A stretch of 64,000 nt of DNA from Myxococcota bacterium (GTDB lineage Bacteria > Myxococcota_A > Polyangia > Nannocystales > Nannocystaceae): contig JBCCHT010000008.1 of NCBI GenBank assembly GCA_039028615.1, forward strand, positions 160,001-224,000. Direction: 5' to 3'. A program made the position numbers and the translations under genes. The notes under the pieces are model-generated. The model searched no databases and was not told the origin of the DNA. It was given only the letters and a program-made list of their open reading frames with translations. This document shows positions 20,910-32,542 of this stretch, one piece after another; position 1 is the stretch's first letter, and each line of letters starts with the position of its first letter.

Positions 20910-22265
20910 GTGGACACCCCCCCGGTCCACAGCCCCCGCCTGCGCCTGCGCGGCTACCTCGGCTCGCGTCTCGGTCCCCTGGCCATGCTGCTGATCGCGG
21001 TGGTCGCGATCTCGGCCCCCGTGGCGTTCTACGTGCTGGGCAACCGCGCCGCGCGGGTCCAGGCCCGAGCCACCGCCGAGCAGTTCGCCGCCGTCGTGCG
21101 CCGCGAAGCCGAGCAGCGACCGCTTCTGTGGAAGTACGACTCGCCCAAGATGCTCGCCCACCTGCGGACCTACGACGACCCGCAGGAGCACATCGAGCAC
21201 ATCGCGGTCATCGACGCCCAGGGCCACAGCATCGACCGAGACGCCCAGGACCACAGCGCCCTGGCCGAGCGCGCCATCGTATGGGAGTCGGCCCGGGTCA
21301 CCGTCAACAACGAGGAGGTCGCCACCGTCTGGGTCGCGGCCTCCACGGCCGAGGTGCGTACGGGCGCCCTCCAGATGCTCGCCGTGTTCGGGCTCATCGG
21401 GGCCGCCCTCGCCGGGCTCATGTACTGGCTGCCCCTGCGCGCCATGGGTCGCATCGAGCACGAGATCGAGGCCTTGCTCGATCAGCTCCGCGAGTCGCGG
21501 GGCGCCCTGTCCACGCTCGCCGAGAACCTCGAGCACCAGGTCGAGGCCCGGTCCTCCGACCTGTCCCGCGCCCTGGCCGAGCTCAAGGACAAGGAGCAGA
21601 ACCTCCGCGAGCTGTCGACGCGCGCGGTGAGCATGCAGGAGGCCGAGCGCCGCGCCATCGCCCGCGAGCTGCACGACTCGGCCGGGCAATCGCTCACCGC
21701 CATTCGCATCCACCTCCAGCTCATGGAGGGGCTCTCCGGTCAGGCCCGCGACAACGAGGGCGCCGCCGGCCGCCTGGGACAGATCGCCGCCCGCACCACG
21801 GGGATGGTCGACGACACGCTCGAGGAGATCCGCCGCGCGGTCAATACCCTCGGTCCCGCCGTGCTCGACGACGTCGGCCTGGCCGAAGCGGTCGAGCGTG
21901 CCTGCCTCGACCTATCCGAGAACCTCGAGATCGAGGTCGACAGCCACGTCGAGCTGCCCTCCACCGGGCTCGCCCCCGCCATCGAGACCTCCTGCTATCG
22001 CGTGGTGCAGGAGGCCTTCACCAACATCACCCGCCACGCCGAGCCGAGCCACGTGCAGGTCCGACTCGTCATCGGTGCGGGGACGGCGACGGTCACCATC
22101 ATCGACGACGGCAAGGGATTCGATCCCGCGGCGGCGATCCGAGCCGGGCGTAGCCGCGGCCTGGTGGGCATGCGCGAGCGCGCGGAGCTGCTCGGCGGCG
22201 AGCTACGCATCGACAGCGCCCCCGGAGAGGGTGCCACCGTCACCGCGGTCATCCCCCTGGGCTGA
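20910..22265 (+). CDS. Membrane sensor histidine kinase (HisKA_3 type)
   Basis: ERRAIARELHD H-box, QEAFTNITRHA, DDGKGF and GLVGMRER; two TM helices. Confidence 0.92.
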   Translation: MDTPPVHSPRLRLRGYLGSRLGPLAMLLIAVVAISAPVAFYVLGNRAARVQARATAEQFAAVVRREAEQRPLLWKYDSPKMLAHLRTYDDPQEHIEHIAVIDAQGHSIDRDAQDHSALAERAIVWESARVTVNNEEVATVWVAASTAEVRTGALQMLAVFGLIGAALAGLMYWLPLRAMGRIEHEIEALLDQLRESRGALSTLAENLEHQVEARSSDLSRALAELKDKEQNLRELSTRAVSMQEAERRAIARELHDSAGQSLTAIRIHLQLMEGLSGQARDNEGAAGRLGQIAARTTGMVDDTLEEIRRAVNTLGPAVLDDVGLAEAVERACLDLSENLEIEVDSHVELPSTGLAPAIETSCYRVVQEAFTNITRHAEPSHVQVRLVIGAGTATVTIIDDGKGFDPAAAIRAGRSRGLVGMRERAELLGGELRIDSAPGEGATVTAVIPLG

Positions 22266-22298
22266 GGCTGCCCCGGCGAGCTGGCGGACGGGCTCGAA

Positions 22299-22826
22299 TC
22301 AGGCGACCTCTTCGTTGGCGCACTCGAGCATCACTTTTCGCAGCCACGCCTCGATGCGCTGGTCATTGAGCTCGGGCTGGTTGTCTTCGTCGAGCCCGAG
22401 TCCCACGAAGTGCTCATCATCGAGCAAGCCCTCGGATTCTTCGAAGTCGTAGCCTTCGGTCGGCCAGGCTCCGACCAGTAGCGGAGACCCCAAGCCCTCG
22501 AGGACCTTCCACAGCTGCCCCATGGCATCCAGGAAGTTGTACGGATAGCCGACGGCGTCTCCCATCGCGAAGATCGCGATCTTCTTGCCGGACAGGTCCA
22601 GGCCCTTCATGCGCGGGATGAACTCGTCCCAGTCGTCCTGCATCTCGCCGATGTTCCACGTCGAAACCCCCAGCAGCAGGATGTCGAAGGACTCCAGATC
22701 TCGGGGCTCCGCGACCGCCACGTCTTCCATATGGACGACGCCGCCCAGCCGCTCTCGTATCTTCTCCGCGGCCATCTCGGTGTTGCCAGTACAGGAGCCG
22801 TAAAAAATGCCGATGGATTGGTTCAT
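22299..22826 (-). CDS. fldA: Long-chain flavodoxin
   Basis: IGIFYGSCTGNTE, STWNIGE, GD..GYP.NF.DA and FVGLGLDEDNQ motifs. Confidence 0.9.
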   Translation of the reverse strand: MNQSIGIFYGSCTGNTEMAAEKIRERLGGVVHMEDVAVAEPRDLESFDILLLGVSTWNIGEMQDDWDEFIPRMKGLDLSGKKIAIFAMGDAVGYPYNFLDAMGQLWKVLEGLGSPLLVGAWPTEGYDFEESEGLLDDEHFVGLGLDEDNQPELNDQRIEAWLRKVMLECANEEVA

Positions 22827-22852
22827 GGATGAGACCTCGGAGTGATTAATTA

Positions 22853-22867
22853 TGAAATCAATTTTCA
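22853..22867. promoter_or_regulatory. Putative Fur box upstream of flavodoxin
   Basis: TGAAATC-A-ATTTTCA resembles the 7-1-7 Fur repeat, within an AT-rich patch. Confidence 0.6.
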
Positions 22868-23029
22868 ATTTCAAGATATTTTCGAAGCCAGCCATGTGAC
22901 TTCATCGACGACCCGGAGGGCGAGGGTGCCGCGCGAGTCGACGCTCGCCCACAGATGCCGACGAGTGCCAGCGCCCCGGGCCCTCGTATTGGCGGATCCC
23001 GGCCCGGCGTGGGTCCGATCACCGGGCGG

Positions 23030-23764
23030 TCAAGCGACCAGCGCACTACGAACGAGCCGCCGACCGGTCTTGCGGTAGGCGCTCCAGTAGGGCTTGACCC
23101 GCAGGGCGCCCGGGGCAATCCCGCGCGACATCAGGGCGTGGCGCAGCTCGAGCACGGAGTTCGCCTCACCGGAGAGCCAGACGATCCCGTCTCCCGGCGG
23201 GAAGCTCTGGTAGTCGAGCCAGTCGACCAGGGCCTCACCGTGCACACGGCCTCGCGCGATCGCGTCCAGGGGCAGACCCATCGCGGCCGCGGCCTTCAGA
23301 TCCTCTCGTGCGAGCTCTACGGCGCCGAATATGTGGGTTTCAGGGTCTGCCCCCTCGATCAGCGCCTGCCCCAGACCGAGCGCCGTCTCGTCACCGAAGA
23401 ACAACGCCCAAGGGGGTGGCGGACCGAATTCGATCGGCATGCTGTGCGCCGGCCCGATGAACGAGACCGCATCTCCAGCCCGTACGCGCTCGACCCAGCG
23501 CGACCCGGGGCCGTGACCGTGCACATGGGCCACGACCTCCATCCTCCGCGCCGCAGGGTCGACTCGGGACGGGGTGTACAGCCGCATCGTGCCTCCACCG
23601 ACGTTGATCTTGATCTTGTCGCCGGGATACCAACGCATGCGCTCGATGAAATCCCCTCGCAGGTCGATCCTTCGCACACGGGGTGAAAGGACCTGCACCG
23701 CGGCGACCTCCACTTCGTTTCGGAGGACCGGTATCGCCTGACCCAGGAGCGTCTCGTTCATCAT
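23030..23764 (-). CDS. Siderophore-interacting protein (FAD-binding ferric-siderophore reductase)
   Basis: RLYT, HGHGPGSRW, GDETAL, WLSGE and KPYW motifs of the ViuB/SIP family. Confidence 0.85.
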   Translation of the reverse strand: MMNETLLGQAIPVLRNEVEVAAVQVLSPRVRRIDLRGDFIERMRWYPGDKIKINVGGGTMRLYTPSRVDPAARRMEVVAHVHGHGPGSRWVERVRAGDAVSFIGPAHSMPIEFGPPPPWALFFGDETALGLGQALIEGADPETHIFGAVELAREDLKAAAAMGLPLDAIARGRVHGEALVDWLDYQSFPPGDGIVWLSGEANSVLELRHALMSRGIAPGALRVKPYWSAYRKTGRRLVRSALVA

Positions 23765-23779
23765 GATTTCGCTCTTGTT

Positions 23780-23799
23780 GAAAATGAAAATCTATATCA
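23780..23799. promoter_or_regulatory. Putative Fur box upstream of SIP gene
   Basis: GAAAATGAAAATCTATATC matches GATAATGATAATCATTATC at 15 of 19 positions. Confidence 0.7.
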
Positions 23800-23965
23800 A
23801 ATTACACGAGACGAGATTCTTGGCAAGGCCTCGACGAGGAGAAAACGACGCCGTACCGACCCTCGCCCGGCGAGGGCGGGTCGAAAGGCGGCGAGGACTC
23901 GCTCGATGGGCAACTACGGCCTGTCCGGGCCCGATTGCGGCGGCGTGCTAACCTGAGTCTCGAAC

Positions 23966-24628
23966 ATGGCAGACCCCGTTCGCGTCGTCCTGGCCGAGGA
24001 TCACACCATCGTGCGTGAGGGCTTGCGGGCCCTGCTCGACGGGCGCGACGACGTCACCGTCGTCGCCGAGGCCGACAACGGCCACGACGGGGTAGCGGCC
24101 GCAAAGCAGCACCGCCCCGACGTGGTGGTCATGGACCTCAACATGCCGCGGCTCAACGGGGTCGATGCCACCAAGGCCATCCGCGAGGCGCTGCCCGACA
24201 CCCACGTGCTCATCCTGTCGATGTACTCCACCGAGGAGCACGTGCGACCGGCGATCCGGGCGGGGGCCGAGGGCTACCTGCTCAAGGGCTCGGGCCTGTC
24301 CGATCTCGTGGCCGCCATCAAGGCGGTCGCCTCGGGCAACGCGTTCTTCAGCCCGCAGGTCGCCAAGATCGTCCTCGACGACTCGCGCCGAGCCGCCCGC
24401 ACGGGCGTCAACGAGCGCGCGGGCACCGAGCTGACCCCGCGCGAGCGACAGGTGCTCAAGCTCGTGGCCGAAGGTCACAGCAGCCCCGAGATCGCGCGCG
24501 ACCTCGACCTCAGCGTCAAGACCGTCGAGGGTCACCGCGGGCGCATCATGGCCAAGCTCGACACCCGCAACGTGGCCGGCTTGGTGCGGCACGCGATCCG
24601 CTTGGGTCTCGTCAGCGCCGACATGTAA
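23966..24628 (+). CDS. NarL/LuxR-family response regulator
   Basis: Receiver domain (AEDH, MDLNMP, YLLK) plus LTPRERQVL...LSVKTVE.H HTH. Confidence 0.95.
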   Translation: MADPVRVVLAEDHTIVREGLRALLDGRDDVTVVAEADNGHDGVAAAKQHRPDVVVMDLNMPRLNGVDATKAIREALPDTHVLILSMYSTEEHVRPAIRAGAEGYLLKGSGLSDLVAAIKAVASGNAFFSPQVAKIVLDDSRRAARTGVNERAGTELTPRERQVLKLVAEGHSSPEIARDLDLSVKTVEGHRGRIMAKLDTRNVAGLVRHAIRLGLVSADM

Positions 24629-24752
24629 TCGAACCTCGAGTGGCACGACGAGTGCCCTCGTGTGATCGATATCCGCGCGGTGGCACGATGGGTGTCCGCC
24701 ATCCGGCCCAACGCGCTCGACAGCCCCCAACCCCTCCCCTACGCTGCTGAGG

Positions 24753-25517
24753 TTGGATGGTAGCAACGAAGCGACGCGCGAGTACCTGGGGCTCGCGCGG
24801 GCGGCCGAAGAGCAATCGCGAGCCGCGACGGTCCCGACCGAGATCCCGGTGATCGACGCGGACTCGGACGTGGTGTTCATGCAGCGCTTCGCCGACTTGG
24901 GCCGTCCCGTGCTCATCGAGCTGCCCGTCCCGGAGCATCCGTGGACCCTCGAGCGATTCGTGGCCGAGCGCGGCGAGCAACCGGTCGTGGTGCGCAAGGG
25001 CGAGGACTACGACGCCATGAAGCTGGCGCAGACCCGCGCCCACACCTATCTCGACCCTTCTCGCTCGACCTCGTTCTACGCCGCTCGCAACCCCCTGCCG
25101 CCACAGATCGACCAGCAGACGCCGCGCCCGCCCTACCTTCGCGCACGACAGCACCCACAGCTGATGCACCTGTGGATCGGTCGTGAAGGCACGGGCACGC
25201 GCCTGCATCGCGACCTGCTCGACAATTTCGTGCACGTGCTCGACGGCACCAAGCACGTCCAGCTCGTCGCCCCCCACCATGCCGACGTACTCGACATCTG
25301 GCAGGTCGAGCCCGCGCTGCAGAGCTCGCGCGTCGACCTGGACGCGCTCGAGCCCGACGCTCGAGCCGAGCTGGGCGTCCAGGCCGTGCGGGTGCGCCCA
25401 CACCAGATGCTGTTCATTCCCTGCGGATGGTTTCACCAAGTCCGCAACGAGACCGCGACCCTGGCGATCACCTGTTTTTTGGCGGGCTTCCCCGCGTGGT
25501 TTCGCCCCCCTCGCTGA
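24753..25517 (+). CDS. JmjC/cupin-like Fe(II)/2OG oxygenase
   Basis: LWIG..GT.T.LHRD..DNF, G.K.V.L and LFIP.GWFHQV (HxD...H facial triad). Confidence 0.8.
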   Translation: MDGSNEATREYLGLARAAEEQSRAATVPTEIPVIDADSDVVFMQRFADLGRPVLIELPVPEHPWTLERFVAERGEQPVVVRKGEDYDAMKLAQTRAHTYLDPSRSTSFYAARNPLPPQIDQQTPRPPYLRARQHPQLMHLWIGREGTGTRLHRDLLDNFVHVLDGTKHVQLVAPHHADVLDIWQVEPALQSSRVDLDALEPDARAELGVQAVRVRPHQMLFIPCGWFHQVRNETATLAITCFLAGFPAWFRPPR

Positions 25518-25521
25518 GACG

Positions 25522-26334
25522 ATGCTGACCTACGTATCCGGCTATCCCAAGAGCGGCACCACGCTGCTGCAGGCTCTGCTCTCCACCGATCCGCGTTGTG
25601 GCCCGCTGACGGGCGAGAGCACCTTCCCCATGGACGTGGCGCTTTCGTATGGCCGCCACCTCGCGGCGTGGAACGACGACTCGCGCTACCTGTTCGAGAG
25701 CAAGGACCAGATGCGCGAGTTCTTCTCGGGCATGCTGGCGAGCTACGAAGCGCAGGTCGTGGGCCGCTATCCGCCCGCGAAGGGCCTGGTCCTCAAGCAT
25801 CCCAAGATGACGGGGCTCTTTCCTCTGCTACGGCGACTGCGGCCCGACGATCGCTTCGTGGTGATCATCCGCGACCCGCGAGACGTGATGGCCTCCTATG
25901 TCCAGGCCGCGATCAAGGCGGGCGAGACCATCGACGAAGCCGCCCAGCGGACGATGGCCGAGCACCTCGCCCAGGCGTGGGCCGAGGCCTACCAACGCAT
26001 CGCCGCCTCCGATCCGCCCTTTGTGGTCGTTCGCTACGAGGATCTGGTGCAGGACTTCGACCAGGTACGAGCCGAGCTCGAGGAGGAGTTCGGAGTCGCG
26101 CTCGAGCCCGATCCGGCGGCCGTCTGGCGACGCTCGGTCTTCGACTATCTGCAGGGCAGCGACACCCCCGAACAAAACTTCGTGTCCGAAGACTGGGGCA
26201 AGCCGGTCACGCGGCGACGCATCGGGATTCACGAAGACTGCGTGCCCCCGAGCGTACGCCGGCTCCTCGAGCGCGCGTGTGGGCCCATCGCCGAGCACTT
26301 CGGCTACGCGCTCCGCCCCTCTCCCACACCGTAG
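25522..26334 (+). CDS. Sulfotransferase family protein
   Basis: PAPS-binding GYPKSGTT, IIRDPRD..AS and VRYEDLV motifs. Confidence 0.85.
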   Translation: MLTYVSGYPKSGTTLLQALLSTDPRCGPLTGESTFPMDVALSYGRHLAAWNDDSRYLFESKDQMREFFSGMLASYEAQVVGRYPPAKGLVLKHPKMTGLFPLLRRLRPDDRFVVIIRDPRDVMASYVQAAIKAGETIDEAAQRTMAEHLAQAWAEAYQRIAASDPPFVVVRYEDLVQDFDQVRAELEEEFGVALEPDPAAVWRRSVFDYLQGSDTPEQNFVSEDWGKPVTRRRIGIHEDCVPPSVRRLLERACGPIAEHFGYALRPSPTP

Positions 26335-26337
26335 ATC

Positions 26338-27510
26338 ATGGCGAAACGAAGCAAACGAGGGCTCGTGGGGCTGTTTCCCGAGCTCGGCCCCGAGGGTTTT
26401 CGCGAGAGGCACTGGCCGACCGAAGGCCTCGTGCACCATGGCGATCCGCAGCGCGTAGCCGAGCTGGTCGACGCCCCCGAACTGCTCGACATCGAGGGCC
26501 TCATCCGCGGCCACGATGCGATCCACGCGCTCGGCGTGCGCGAAGACGACGGCGCCTTCGTGCAGACCCCCGTCTCCGGGCGCCAGGGCTACGACCTGTA
26601 TTCGCTGGGCTCATCGCTCATGCTCGACCGGGTCGAACGCCGCGCCCCCGTCATCGCGCAGTGGGTCGACGCCTTGGCCGAAGACCTCGGCATCGAGCGT
26701 CGGGGGTGCTACTGCCAGGCCCTGCTGTCGCCCCCCGGCTGCGTCGTGCCCAAGCACTTCGATGGCGTCGAGGTCGTCATCATCCAGCTCCAAGGCGAAA
26801 AGCACTGGCGCGTCGGCCCCAACGAGGACGTCCGCTTTCCCATGTGGCAGTGGTTCCCCGGTCGCCCCCTGGGTCCGCTGCGCCGGATCGGGGCCTCCTC
26901 CTACGACGACACCCCGCCGAACAAGCGCGCCCGCATGCGACCGGGCTCGGCGCTGTTCGTACCGCGGGGGCACTGGCACCAGACCGAGACCCGCCGCCAG
27001 GCTTCGCTCTCGCTGTCGTTCATCGTGCCCGCGCCCACATGGTTCGAGCTGGTGATGCCGCGGCTACGGCTGCGGCTGCTCGACGACGAGCGATGGCGTG
27101 CACCCCAGCCCTATCGCATGCACGGCCGGGGTGACGCGGAGGCCTTCGCCGAGCACGCGCAGGCCATGCTCGAGGCCCTCGGCGAGCAGATTCGTGACAT
27201 CGCGCCCCACGAGCTCGCGCCCGCGATGGACCTGCGGCTGCGCGCGAACACTCGCCTGGTCGCCCGCGCGAGCGCCCGAATCGACGTGGACGCCACGTCC
27301 GTCACCGTGCACTCGCCCGGGCTGCTGCGACCCGTGACGCTCGCCGCCTCCACCATTCCCCCACAGCTCGGCCGATGGATTGCCGCCCGAGACGGTGCGT
27401 TCGCCGTCCGCGACGCAACGGCGAGCCATCGCGACCTGCCCCGCGCCGAGGTCGTGCACGCCCTCGAAGCCCTGATGCGGCAGGGCTACCTGCAGCGGCA
27501 CCTGCCCTGA
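26338..27510 (+). CDS. JmjC/cupin oxygenase (YcfD/ROXA-like) with C-terminal winged-helix-like domain
   Basis: HFD..EV...QL.G.K.W and FVPRGHWH motifs; paralogous to the genes at 44127 and 45347. Confidence 0.82.
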   Translation: MAKRSKRGLVGLFPELGPEGFRERHWPTEGLVHHGDPQRVAELVDAPELLDIEGLIRGHDAIHALGVREDDGAFVQTPVSGRQGYDLYSLGSSLMLDRVERRAPVIAQWVDALAEDLGIERRGCYCQALLSPPGCVVPKHFDGVEVVIIQLQGEKHWRVGPNEDVRFPMWQWFPGRPLGPLRRIGASSYDDTPPNKRARMRPGSALFVPRGHWHQTETRRQASLSLSFIVPAPTWFELVMPRLRLRLLDDERWRAPQPYRMHGRGDAEAFAEHAQAMLEALGEQIRDIAPHELAPAMDLRLRANTRLVARASARIDVDATSVTVHSPGLLRPVTLAASTIPPQLGRWIAARDGAFAVRDATASHRDLPRAEVVHALEALMRQGYLQRHLP

Positions 27511-27516
27511 GCCGGG

Positions 27517-28824
27517 CTACAGCAGGTGGCGCGCCTTGACCTCGAGGTAGGTCCGCACCACCTCGGGCGTGACCTGGGACGACTCGACGTCGAGCACCAT
27601 CGCGCCCGCTCGCTCGAGCTGCTGCATCAACCGTGAGCGCTCGGTGAGCAGCTCGGCCGCCGCCGCGGCATCGTACATCGCGGTCATCGAGCGCTCGGCC
27701 GGCCGCGCCATGGCCTCGAGATCGGGATCCCGCAGCAGCACACACAGCGGCAGGTGCCGCCGCCCGAGGCCCTGCACGGTACGCAGCAGCGCCTGCGCCC
27801 CGGTCTCGTCGGACACCTGGGTCACCAGCACGAGCAGACAGCGCTTGCGCAGCAGCCCGTCCATGCGCAGCAGGGCCCCCTCGTAGTCGCTCTCGGTCTC
27901 GCGAGCATGCAGGTCGAAGGTGGACCGAAGCAGCCGCCGCACCATCGACGGGCCCGCGCCCGGGGCGACGAAGCGATGCACCGCGTCGGAGAACGCGAAC
28001 AAGCCCGCATGGTCGCCGCGGCGAATGGCCACGTGCGAGAGCATCAGCGCCGCGTTGAGGGCATGGTCGAGCAGCGGCAGGCCCCCGCTGTGGGCCGTCA
28101 TGAGACGGCCACAGTCCAGGGCGAACACCACGCTCTGGTCGCGCTCGAGCTGGTACTGGCGGGCGATCAGCTTGCGTCGCCGCGCCGTGGCCCGCCAGTC
28201 GATGGAGCGGAACTCGTCGTCGCGGGTGTACTCGCGGAGGCTCTCGAACTCGCTCTCGCCGCCCCGCGACCGCGCGACCGCCGACATGCCCCACGACGGA
28301 TCCTGCTGCGCGAGCATGTCGTAGGCGCGAATCTTCTGGATGTCGGGGTAGACGCGGACCTCGTCGCGCGCGGCGATCCGCACCTGGCGAACCCACAGCC
28401 CCAGCGGAGAGCGGTGCCGGATCCAGTGGTCTCCCAGCTCGTAGGCCCCGCGGCAGCTCGGGATCACCCGGTACTGCACCGTCGCCCGCCCGTGCGGACC
28501 CAGCTGGACCTGCGCGGGTAGGCCTTCGGCCTCGGCGCCATCGAAGACATCGTCCGTGACCTGCAGCTCGAGCGCCTGCGGGGCCCGGGAGCGCAGCTCG
28601 AGCGTGACCACGTTGGGGCGCCCGATCGAGAACACGCCCGTGCCCACCGAGCGCTGCACGTCGATCCAGCGCCGCCGAGCCAGGGCCGCGTCGACCCCGA
28701 GCGCGAGTAGGAGCCCGAGATCGGCCGCCAGCATGGGCCCGATGAACGACGCGTCCGCGGCCGCGGCAATGCCGAGCACGAGCGGCACGATGGCCAACAG
28801 GACGCTGATGCGGGACGGAAGCAC
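27517..28824 (-). CDS. DUF58 (vWA-associated) protein of MoxR operon
   Basis: [22 protein letters not shown] and LDCGRLM motifs. Confidence 0.9.
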   Translation of the reverse strand: MLPSRISVLLAIVPLVLGIAAAADASFIGPMLAADLGLLLALGVDAALARRRWIDVQRSVGTGVFSIGRPNVVTLELRSRAPQALELQVTDDVFDGAEAEGLPAQVQLGPHGRATVQYRVIPSCRGAYELGDHWIRHRSPLGLWVRQVRIAARDEVRVYPDIQKIRAYDMLAQQDPSWGMSAVARSRGGESEFESLREYTRDDEFRSIDWRATARRRKLIARQYQLERDQSVVFALDCGRLMTAHSGGLPLLDHALNAALMLSHVAIRRGDHAGLFAFSDAVHRFVAPGAGPSMVRRLLRSTFDLHARETESDYEGALLRMDGLLRKRCLLVLVTQVSDETGAQALLRTVQGLGRRHLPLCVLLRDPDLEAMARPAERSMTAMYDAAAAAELLTERSRLMQQLERAGAMVLDVESSQVTPEVVRTYLEVKARHLL

Positions 28825-28845
28825 GAGGACGATCGCTGTTGCCGG

Positions 28846-29810
<965 letters not shown>

Positions 29811-29814
<4 letters not shown>

Positions 29815-31763
29815 GAGTGGTCCTCGTTCATCAGTGCCATGAGCCCGCGGATGATTCGCCGGGCTTCTTCGTCGTCATCGACCGTGCCCTGCTCGGCGGC
29901 CGTGTGGGCCTCCACGAGCAAGCGAACGATCTCGGTCTCGTCGCGCCCGGTACGGCGCGCCAGGGCTCGGGCCATGCCTTCGAGCCCGGGACCTGCGGTA
30001 TGCGGGACGGAGGCGCGCAGCCGGTCGAGCGCCCACGTGGAGTAGGCCGCGGCCGCATGCGGCAGCGCGCCCGCCCGCCCGTAGACCCGCGCCATCGCCT
30101 TGGCGTGGCGGGTGAACGCCCGACGGCTCGGCGGCGCGGACCCGCGGGGCCGACCGAAACGCACGCCTCGCCACCAGTACAACAGCCCCATCACGAGTAG
30201 CAGCTGGAGCACGGCCGCGGTGAGGTGACTGTTGGCGATGGAATCGGTGGGGCTCGACGCCCCTTCCATGGTCCAGCTGTCGATGAAGCGCACCCGCAGG
30301 CCCGGCGCCCCCAGCAGCTCTTCGATGACCACCGCGTTGCCCGGCATCGCCAGCGACACGCTGGACAGCGCGTCGAGGTTGGGCAGCACGAGCACCTCGC
30401 CATTCCCGATCTGCCACGACATGCCGTAGATCGAGTCGCCGCGGGTGATGGTGGGGTAGCCCGCGTCGTCGCTGCGCAACACCCCGCGGTCGGGCACCCA
30501 GAGCAGCGCGAGGTCGTCCGAGTACGCGAACTGGTACCAGGCCGGAAGATTGCGGTCGGCGGGCGGGGTCGAGATGGACCAGGTGTCGATGTTCGACCAC
30601 GGCAGGGAGTGCTCGCCGCCGACCACCACGACCAGGCCACCCATGTGAACCATCTGCTCGAGGGCGTCCCATTCGGACGGCGACAGCTCGGCCCCGCTGG
30701 CGATCACCACCGCGTCGAGCGGGTGCTCGATCTGATCGAGGGGCTCGGTGGCGTACTCGGCATCGGCGCCGAGTTCCTGCAAGAACTCGATGGTGGCCCC
30801 AAAACCCGAGGGGGACTCGTCCCAGCGATACCGAAGGGCATCGCTGATCGCCCCGCAGCCGAGGCCCATGATGATGAGCGCCCAGACCAGGGCGGTGCTG
30901 CCCGCTTGCCGTAGTACCGCCTGCACTCGCGCCAGGATCGACTCGAACACCGTCTGGTCGGGGGCCTGGCCGCCGAAATAGGCCCGGTCGATCTCTCGCA
31001 AGGCCTCGCGCACGGGCCCTCGCAGCTCGGGGTGAGCCCGCAGCTCGCGGAGATAGTCGCCCGTGGTCCGCGAGCGATGCAGTCGAATCTCTCCGCGCCG
31101 ATCGAGCCGACGCAGCAGGGCGGCGTGGGCTCGCTCGATGGCGTCGAGCCACCGACCCGACGACGCGAAGTCTCGTGCCTGAGCCAAGAGCCGGTCGGCG
31201 TCGAGCACTCGCGCCTCGACGTCGTCGATCGGCTCGCGCTCGTCGTCGTCGCGCGCGGTGTCGTCGGGCTCCGGCTCGGGCTCGTCGCGACGTCGACCCA
31301 GGCTGGTGTTGCGGGCGATGGCTATGCCCAGCGCCAGCACGGCGACGCCGAGCACGATCCAGAACAGGACTTGGCCAAAGCCGCCCAGACTCGGGAGCTG
31401 GAGTCCGTCGTCCGAGCCCTTGGAACGCGAGCGACGGCGCTTCGGTTCGGGCGGACGAGCTCGCTCGTCGCGATCGCTGCGCGGGGCGACCCGGCGGGAC
31501 CCGAAGCGATGAGACTCGCCTTCGTCGACGATCACGGCGGGCTCCGCCGCACACGCCTGCTTCAGCGCGGGGCAGCGCCCGATGGCTTCCTCGGCCAAGG
31601 GGCACCACCGCCGCTCGCTATCGTTGAGCGGATACTCGGGATCCGTACAAAACGCGTAGTCGGCCACGACCCGAGCCGCTTCCTGCTCGGCCGTGGACAC
31701 GGTGGCGCCGCCCAGGTCGGTGGCGCTCAGGGAGGCCAGGAGCACGGCGTGGAGCAGGATCAC
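29811..31763 (-). CDS. DUF4129/DUF4350-type membrane protein of MoxR operon
   Basis: [10 protein letters not shown]...YFGG, RFGRP and operon position; GTGA/ATGA overlaps with its neighbours. Confidence 0.7.
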
Positions 31764-32542
31764 CGCGCGTCCTCCCCCTCGTCGTCGATGGCCATGAACG
31801 CCAGCTGGATGTCCCAGCCGTCGCGACGCGTCCGCGCATCGATGTAGTAGAGGAACTGCGCGGAGGCCACGAAGGGCACCGCGGCGAACAGCCCGAGCAA
31901 GGCCGCGAGCGAGCCACCATCGGCCAGAGCGCCCCAGGGTCGCTCCATCTGGAGCACGAAGTCGAACACGGCGGCGGCGGCCGACTCGACGATGAACACC
32001 CCGACGAGCATCGCGGTGACCGAGGCGAACAACAGACCAATGAGCCGCCCGTAGTGCCCTTTGGCGAACGCGATCGATCGACGCATCGCGGCCATGACCG
32101 GTTGCTGCTCGAGCAGCACCGCCTCGTGGATGTACAGCGTGCGGGGCCACGCCCAGGGGACGAGCACGAGCACCAGCATGGCCACCCCGAGGTAGATGCG
32201 ACTGACGATCAACGCCCCGATGAACGTGGGCAAGCGGCGAGCAAAGGTCCGCAGCACGGCCCGGGCGGTCACCTCGGGCTCGAACATCATCTGGCTGGCA
32301 GCCACCGTGAACACGCCGTGGAGGACGGTGGTCAGGGCGATGGCGAGCCACCAGACCTCACGCCACGCCCAGTCTGCGCCGCGGTGCAGCGCGAAGCAGC
32401 CCAGGGCCGCGGGCAGCAGCAGCCCCAGCGACAGGCGCAGGTACGTCCCGCCACCCACCGAAATCTGCCAGCGCAGCGCGAGGTCGAGGGTCTCCCCCAG
32501 CGTACGCGGGCGCAGCACGATCTGAGCCTGCGCGAGGTTCAT
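31760..32542 (-). CDS. Membrane protein of MoxR/SpoIIM operon
   Basis: LRPR..GE.LD N-terminus and YID.R.RRDGWDI C-terminus; TM helices. Confidence 0.75.
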   Translation of the reverse strand: MNLAQAQIVLRPRTLGETLDLALRWQISVGGGTYLRLSLGLLLPAALGCFALHRGADWAWREVWWLAIALTTVLHGVFTVAASQMMFEPEVTARAVLRTFARRLPTFIGALIVSRIYLGVAMLVLVLVPWAWPRTLYIHEAVLLEQQPVMAAMRRSIAFAKGHYGRLIGLLFASVTAMLVGVFIVESAAAAVFDFVLQMERPWGALADGGSLAALLGLFAAVPFVASAQFLYYIDARTRRDGWDIQLAFMAIDDEGEDAR

